Shown piece after piece: positions 7,791-14,153 of a stretch of DNA of 14,153 nucleotides (the stretch's first letter is position 1; every line of letters starts with the position of its first letter). The stretch is from the NCBI RefSeq assembly GCF_006345805.1, contig NW_021825903.1, positions 1 to 14,153 on the forward strand, read 5' to 3'. Source of the stretch: Octopus sinensis (lineage: Eukaryota). Under the pieces are notes generated by a model. The model was not told the origin of the DNA. It saw only the letters and a list, made by a program, of their open reading frames with translations, and did not search any database. The position numbers were made by a program, and so were the translations under genes.

Positions 7791-8073
7791 GAAAGGAATA
7801 AAAGAAAATAAACAGAGAGAGAAAAAAAAAAAACAAAAAAACTTGTGGATTTAGCGGTCAAGGATGGCAACTGGTTGGAAAAAAAGTTTGATAGGAAAGG
7901 TAATGAAAGAAGAATCGTGAGAATATTTGGGCCTCAACGTAAGTTGGGGTCCATTCTCGTTTCCATGGCCACTCCCGAGTAATGTTGCTAAAAATTCTAC
8001 GGAACCTGGACTATACCTGAGAGCTCCCACGGTACCCACCTGGATAATTGATCCCTATATGCTCATCGAGTGT

Positions 8074-8365
8074 ATCTTTTATCTTTTATATTTTTCTTTG
8101 ACTGCTGCCATGCTGCGGGCAGCGGCTTGAATTTTTAGTCGAATGATTCGATCCCAGTACGTCTTCTCTAAGCCTGATAATTATTCTACTATCGGTGTCT
8201 TTTGCCGAACCGCGAGTTTACGGGAATGTAAACACACCAATATCGGTTGTTATGCGGTGGTAGTGGGGAAAAATACAGACAGAAACACATACACACATAT
8301 TATATATATATAAAATATATATGCATATATAATTGGTAGATCCACATAAAGCACGAGGCTACAGT
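8074..8365 (-). mobile_element. 5'-truncated copy of a second Octopus SINE family (3' half, with internal TA/TG microsatellite and AAAAGAT-like tail)
   Basis: Plus strand reads TTTGACTGCTGCCATGCTG...TCTTTTGCCGAACCGC..GTAAACACACCA..ATCGGTTG...ACAGACA-(AC/AT)n...TCCAC..CGAGGCTA. This matches the reverse complement of an abundant Octopus SINE as I recall it. The tRNA head is missing. Confidence 0.8.
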
Positions 8366-8894
8366 TTTTCTTGTGATTAGTACAGAAATATTCCTTGAGA
8401 TATATAAGAATTAATGAGAATTGTTTGAGACAATACTCTTTCATCAAAAGAAAGTACCTCTTAATGATTTTGGGATAACTGCTTATTTAACGAGGTATTT
8501 TAGCCACTAAACTAACAACATCGAAAACACGAGTGGTAAATATAGTGGTTTAAATTGACTAATTAACTATGTAGAGATTACATTTAAATTATATATTTGA
8601 AGTAAATTTTAAGTAAATTTGAATACTTTAAGTATCAAGATACGAATAGATTGTTACTTGTCGCTCTGTGTCACCGACTGCATGACATATGTCATGTACG
8701 CGGTTGGTCAATATAAATGATTTTATCCACTAGCACACATCATGCTAACTAGGTTTGTATGTCTATTGTATAAGGAAAGTAGCAATACCAGAAAACATCG
8801 GCTTGTTGCTATCTCCCCCTCATGCTCGCTCTTTCCTCTCTTACATTACATTTGTTCTTTTCTCAGTTTTTCCTTGTTCTTTGTTTTCTTAAAC

Positions 8895-8897
8895 GTA

Positions 8898-8972
<75 letters not shown>

Positions 8973-9032
8973 TGTGTGTGTGTATAGATGTATGTATGTA
9001 TGTATGTATGTATGTATGTATCTATCTATCTA

Positions 9033-9066
<34 letters not shown>

Positions 9067-9275
9067 CACATATTTATATACATATATATGCACATACACA
9101 TACACACACATATACTTTCAAAAGAACAAAACACTTTGTATGTGTGTTTATAATATCCATCCATCCATCCATCCATGCACACACAAATACACATGTACAT
9201 AAGTACATACATCCATACATGCATACGTACGTACGTACAGACATACATACTCATGTATGTGTATCTACTTATCTA
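8895..9275. repeat. Compound (TA)n-(TG)n-(ATGT)n-(TATC)n-(TC)n-(TA)n-(ACAT)/(ATCC)n microsatellite
   Basis: Direct reading. Confidence 0.95.
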
Positions 9276-9511
9276 TTGTAGGTAGGTAAAGGAAAGAGTG
9301 AGAAAGCTTTTTTCACAAGTTTAGAAAGCGTGTAAACGTCCTGTCTAGATGTTATCTGGTATTTATCGTTTGTGGCAACAATTTTCCTACCTTGAAGATG
9401 TTAGACTAGTAATAGAATATTTATCTTTATTTTAGTGGCAAGTTTTTTTTATATATTCCTTCCTTACTTCGTGCACGATACTCGCACAAACTAAAAGACA
9501 TATTAACGGAT

Positions 9512-9564
9512 TGTGTATGTGTATATGTGTGAGTGTTTGTTTGTGCATGTATGAGGGTATTTGT

Positions 9565-9596
<32 letters not shown>

Positions 9597-9642
9597 ATGC
9601 GTATGTGTATGCTTGTGTGTGTGCATGTGTGTGTGTGTGTGT
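9512..9642. repeat. (TG)n-rich microsatellite
   Basis: Direct reading. Confidence 0.95.
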
Positions 9643-10159
9643 AACTAAAACAAAGAAAAGGGACAAAACGGAAATGAATAAGCAAACAATTCAAGAATCA
9701 TAAAGAATGAGCAAGGTCTAAATATAATGCCATTCTGCACCATGTACAAAAAAAAAAAAACAAAACAAATACACACACACCACATACTTGCATGTGTGTG
9801 GTGGTGTATATAAGAGTCGCGCGGGTGCGTTAGAGTTAATGTTGACCAGTCACTTGCTTAGAAGCAAGGTTTGTGAAGGAAAACATCACTTTTTGTTTTC
9901 ACCCTTTAAATCTTAAAAAATGTTCTTCTAGTTCTTCTTCATTTCGTGTTTATGTTGTCCATGTTCAGAGAGGAGGATTGGATTTGGGTAAATATCCCCC
10001 CCCCCAACTATAAAAAATCATCATGCATAGGCATTGCTTGAAAATAGTAAAGGCCCATCACTACAAAAAAAAAAAAAATGGTTTGTTGTACCCTCCGCAT
10101 GCGTCAGACTTTCGATCAGGCCATGGCAATACTCGAACATGAGTTTGCAGCCATCATGT

Positions 10160-10760
10160 TGTATGTATGTATTTGTTATGTATGTAGTAATGTATGTATG
10201 TATGTAAGTTTGTTTGTATGTATAGTATTATGTATGTATGTATGTATGTATGTATGTATGTATGTATGTGTATGTATGTATGTATGTATGCATGCGTGTA
10301 ATGTATGCATGTATGTATGTAGTGTGTGTGTATGTATGTATGTATGTGTGTGTGTATGTATGTATGTATGTATGTATGTATGTGTGTGTGTATGTATGTA
10401 TGTATGTATGTATGTATGTATGCATGTATGCATGTATCTATGTATACATGTATGTACATATGTATGTACGCATGTATATATGTATGTATATATATATATA
10501 TATGTATGTATGGATAGATGTATGTATGTATGTATATATATATATATGTATGTATGCATGCATGTAATGTATGTATGTAGGTATGTAGGTATGAATGTAT
10601 GTATGATTGTATGTATGTATGTTTGTATGTATCTATGTATGTATATATGTATATATGCATACATGTATGTATGTATGTATGCATACATACATGCATGTAT
10701 GTATGCATAAATGCATGTATGTATGCATGCGTGCATGCACGTATATATGTATGTATGCAT
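10160..10760. repeat. ~600 bp (ATGT)n tract with TG, TA and GC variants
   Basis: Direct reading; explains the MYVC and HTYI ORFs. Confidence 0.97.
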
Positions 10761-11417
10761 GGTTAGCTACGATTGAGTGTCATAATTGTGTGGCAGATGT
10801 AACACACTGAATCCTGAACTTTCGTAGTTTCACATTAAAAATTTCATACTTATACTTTACGTATGTGGTTTGGAATGCAGGTTTTATGTTAGACAATTTC
10901 CTCATTGTTGTATCAATGCAATATATACAATATATTTTAACAGTAAGTTTGTGGTTCTGCCTGATATATGCTGCTAGTTTTAATGTTAATTAGATTTATA
11001 TCCATTTGATTCTTAGAATATAGAATTTGTGCCGTATGTATACTTTTAATCAGTGCTAGCTTATTGCATCAGTGTGAGTAAATTTTATTGTTTTATTACC
11101 TGTTCTACTAATTTATTATTACGTAATGTCTGTTTAACGAGTTGAATTTCCTTCTTTAAGTCTTCTTTAATAGAAGGAAATTAGAAAGTACGTCAACATC
11201 GGATTTGATTGCAAATATTTTGTATCTGTAGTGTAACATATCATCAACCATTTATCACATTCAAATACTCTTGATATAGCAGACGACCAGTAAATGCTAC
11301 CGTCTAGCCTCACAAAACAGATCGGCATTGCGTGAACTAGCATGCTCGTTCTTGTCTCTAGGGCCCTTTGCGCATACGCAGAGCTTTCTCCTTCATGTTG
11401 CAGAAAAAAATCCGCTA

Positions 11418-11455
11418 TACTACTACTACTACTACTACTGTTGCTGCTGCTGCTG

Positions 11456-11493
<38 letters not shown>

Positions 11494-11583
11494 TCTTCTT
11501 TTTCTTCTTCTTCTTCTTCTTCTTCTTCTTTGTCTTCTCTTCTTCTTCTTCTTCTTCTTCTTCTTCTTCTTCTTCTTCTTTTC
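11418..11583. repeat. Compound (TAC)n-(TGC)n-(TAC)n-(TTC)n microsatellite
   Basis: Direct reading. Confidence 0.97.
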
Positions 11584-11911
11584 TGTGTGCTATTGCATCA
11601 GTATACGTAATGCATGTATCAACAAATCCCTGAACTCTTGAAACATCTGTAGAGAACCTTCAAGAATTATGTTCTCTCTTTGTCAAATATATTTCTGGTT
11701 ATATTTGCGTAACATCTTTTATAAATGATATAATGCCGTCTGTACGGAATCGTTCATCTTTTGTCTCTTTACACACACGCACGCACACACACGCACACAC
11801 ACACACACACGCTACCAGTTACTTTTCCATGGATCAGAAAAGTAAATTCAATATAACAGAGCGGTTAGATTTTTATATCGTCAAGCAATATACTACAGGT
11901 TATGGCATATC

Positions 11912-12138
11912 TGTTTCTTTATTAACCACAAGGGGCTAAACATAGCAGGGGACAAACAAGGACAGACAAACGGATTAAGTCGATTACAACGACCCCAGTG
12001 CGTAACTGGTACTTAATTTATCGACCCCGAAAAGATGAAAGACAAAGTCGACCTTGGCGGAATTTGAACTCAGAACTTAACGGCAGACGAAATACGGCTA
12101 CGCATTTTGACCGGTGTGCTAACGTTTCTGCCAGCTCG
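11912..12138 (-). mobile_element. Family 1 SINE, copy 4 (young subfamily; first bases of the head missing or altered)
   Basis: Minus strand reads GAGCTGGCAGAAACGTTAG..., with B box at 12069-12059, TCCGTTTGTCTGTCCTTGTTTGTCCCCT and a TAATAAAGAAAC tail. No TSD found. Confidence 0.93.
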
Positions 12139-12324
12139 ATACCACGTTCTTCAGACATGCTAGCCGGAGGTGTATAGATAATTTCTATGCTAGGTGCATA
12201 GACGCTAGGTTGGTTAGGTAGTCGCGAAATGTGAAACGAAGCATTGAAAAAAATATTTTCCGTGACTAAAGTTGAATTATTTCCCATGGATTGGTTTTAG
12301 TCATTGGAATGTGTAATCTGAGGA

Positions 12325-12339
12325 TGTGTATATACATAC

Positions 12340-12382
<43 letters not shown>

Positions 12383-12532
12383 ATATATATTATATATATA
12401 TATATATAATTTATACATATATATATATTACATATATATATTATTATATATATATATACATATATATATATATACATACATATATATATACATATATATA
12501 TATATTATATATTATATATATTATATATATAT

Positions 12533-12564
<32 letters not shown>

Positions 12565-12565
12565 T
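12325..12565. repeat. (TA)n tract, nearly pure A/T
   Basis: Direct reading; lies between the inverted SINE copies 4 and 5. Confidence 0.97.
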
Positions 12566-13086
12566 ATCATTCCCAAGTTAGGAAACGAACTGATAAGCTT
12601 CTATTTTATATTAATCAGGGATCCCGTAGAAGGGCCGGATTCGTACCATATAGGTATAATTTCAATCCCTCCTCTACAAATATTTGACTTTTTAAAGGAA
12701 TTCTATTGACCTGAGGCTTAAAAACCTCGCCGATGTCGCATTCTTTGCTTGTTAATTGGTTTCTTCGTTGAATGAATATGTAATACATAGTTTTAACATA
12801 AGATGTTATGAATAATGAGCGTCAATCATTTGAAAAAATATCCAATGAGAACTATTTTTTATCGCCGTGTACACCGGAAAACATTAAACTTCCGATGTGA
12901 TGGGACCAATGTATTGAAGGAGTTTTTCAAATAGGGATTTTTCTTTTCACCGGTCACTAGGGAGTATGAACTATAGTCAATATATAACTGCTGTTTAGCA
13001 TCTGAATTACAATATATTTCGGATATAAACATATAAGCCATCATCATCGTTATGAGTTAGCCTTTATGGGATCACTATATAACTAA

Positions 13087-13318
13087 GGCGGCGAGCTGGC
13101 AGAAACGTTAGCTCGCTGGGCGAAATGCGTAGCCGTATTTCGTCTGCCGCTACGTTCTGAGTTCAAATTCCGTCGAGGCCGACTTTGCCTTTCATCCTTT
13201 CGGGGTCGATAAATTAAGCAAGCACCAGTTACGCACTGGGGTCGATGTAATCGACACAAATCCGTTTGTCCTTGTTTGTCTCCCCTGTGCTTAGCCCCTT
13301 GTGGGTAGTAAAGAAATA
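13087..13318 (+). mobile_element. Full-length family 1 SINE, copy 5, with 12-bp TSD
   Basis: GGCGGCGAGCTGGCAGAAACG head (A-box-like at 13097-13107), B box GTTCAAATTCC at 13161-13171 and GTAAAGAAATA tail. TSD ACTATATAACTA at 13074-13085 and 13319-13330. Confidence 0.96.
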
Positions 13319-13834
13319 ACTATATAACTAGAAATGTCAGCTAAGTATCCACAAATAACAATCCTAATGTCTTAAAGAAACAGATATAGAAATGCTAAAT
13401 ATTTCATATATGAAAATAAGAAAAGATAGATCATAGTTGGAATTCCTTTCACGGTAAGTCTGCTGCTAAAAGGCGACAACACTGCCAACAAGAATAATGT
13501 ACTCAAATATCACAAGCCTTAACTTACCGGGGAAAACACCTACCGTGACAACAAATCGTCTACAACAATAACAACCACAGAAATGTTTACCTTCGAATTG
13601 CAATAACATCATCATTATAACCAGCAGCATCGTTATCATCACGCACGCACATGCACGCGTACACGCATGCATAGACGCAAATTAACTAAAACGCACACGC
13701 ACAAAAATGTCATTTGCAGATCAAGCGGACTCTTTCCACTGGATCAGTTATCAGTTATCTCCCCATGATTGCATAATAATACTTTCACAGTTATTGTTAA
13801 ACAGTAATAGGTTTGAGAATCCATCAAGTTTGCA

Positions 13835-13930
13835 GTAGTAGCAGCAGCAGCAGTAGTAGTAGTGGTGGTGCCGGTGGCGGCAGCAGCAGTAGCAGAAGTA
13901 GTAGTGGTGGTGGTGGTGGTGGTAGAAGTA

Positions 13931-13971
<41 letters not shown>

Positions 13972-14076
13972 TATAGCAGCAGCAGTAGTAGTAGTAGTAG
14001 TAGTAGCAGTAGTAGCAGTGGTACTGGCGGTGGCGGCGGCAGCGGCAGTAGCAGAAGTGGTAGTAGTAGTGGTAGC

Positions 14077-14118
<42 letters not shown>

Positions 14119-14153
14119 GTGCTGGTGGCGGCAGCGGCAGTAGCAGAAGTGGT
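13835..14153. repeat. Compound (AGT/AGC/GGT/GGC)n trinucleotide repeat with a recurring 27-bp unit; runs off the window
   Basis: Direct reading; GGCGGCAGCGGCAGTAGCAGAAGTGGT occurs at 14035 and 14127, with a 2-mismatch copy at 13876. Confidence 0.95.

Noticed and set aside
7860-7875. AGGATGGCAACTGG as a DNA-transposon TIR, and GTTTCCATGGCCAC (7959-7972) as an RFX X-box
   Set aside because: I found no partner TIR in the window. The X-box has a mismatch in a core position and no promoter context.
7995-8062. Short motifs (TTCTACGG, TATACCT, GATCCCT, CCTATATG) shared with the reverse complement of 12601-12660
   Set aside because: The motifs are in a different order and give no colinear alignment; probably chance.
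9467-9495. 23-nt minus-strand micro-exon candidate (TCTTTTAG...GAA|GTAAGG)
   Set aside because: Too short to assess, its end phase (0) does not match the phase-1 start of the 6961 exon, and such site pairs occur by chance.
10008-10078. T14-GTAG acceptor-like site on the minus strand
   Set aside because: All three frames stop within 18 codons and no donor follows.
10078-10810. 184-210-aa MYVC and HTYI ORFs
   Set aside because: They are translations of the (ATGT)n tract.
11369-11380. NRF1-like TGCGCATACGCA, and a nearby minus-strand 12-codon CAACATG ORF
   Set aside because: One mismatch to the consensus, no other promoter evidence, and similar motifs are common in CA/TG-rich DNA.
12184-12210. 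7-bp hairpin (TCTATGC/GCATAGA) followed by CTAG as a Helitron 3' end
   Set aside because: The hairpin-to-CTAG spacing is only 2 nt, the next base is G rather than T, and no 5' end was found.
12619-12653. 35-nt plus-strand exon candidate (ATCAG|...TAG|GTATAA)
   Set aside because: Weak donor, opposite strand to the best exon and no recognisable peptide.
13087-13175. SINE heads as genuine tRNA genes
   Set aside because: The A-to-B box spacing is about 55 nt, there is no cloverleaf or acceptor stem, and each continues into a SINE body and tail.

Overview
AT-rich eukaryotic, essentially non-coding DNA. It looks like octopod cephalopod (Octopus sp.) intronic or intergenic sequence. That call rests on my recollection of Octopus SINE consensus sequences plus the extreme microsatellite density, not on a database search. 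Roughly 40% of the window, estimated by eye, is simple repeat: (AAT/ATT)n, (TA)n, (TG/CA)n, (ATGT)n and (AGT/AGC/GGT/GGC)n. Most ORFs in the supplied track are artefacts of these repeats. Interspersed elements are five copies of one tRNA-derived SINE family (two with clear target-site duplications), a 5'-truncated copy of a second SINE family, a ~450 bp LINE-like fragment inside a TAA microsatellite, and two degenerate hammerhead-like motifs that may be Penelope-type relics. The best coding candidate is one minus-strand, probably terminal, exon at 6961-6765 encoding 65 residues I do not recognise. A weaker 73-nt candidate exon lies at 2043-1971. I cannot demonstrate a novel system here. The most promising leads are the hammerhead-like relic (1236-1286), the inverted young SINE pair (11912-13318, a possible ADAR substrate), the unidentified exon, a hairpin shared by two SINE families, and a GNRA hairpin covering a consensus 5' splice site (7919-7958). 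Repeat boundaries are approximate.
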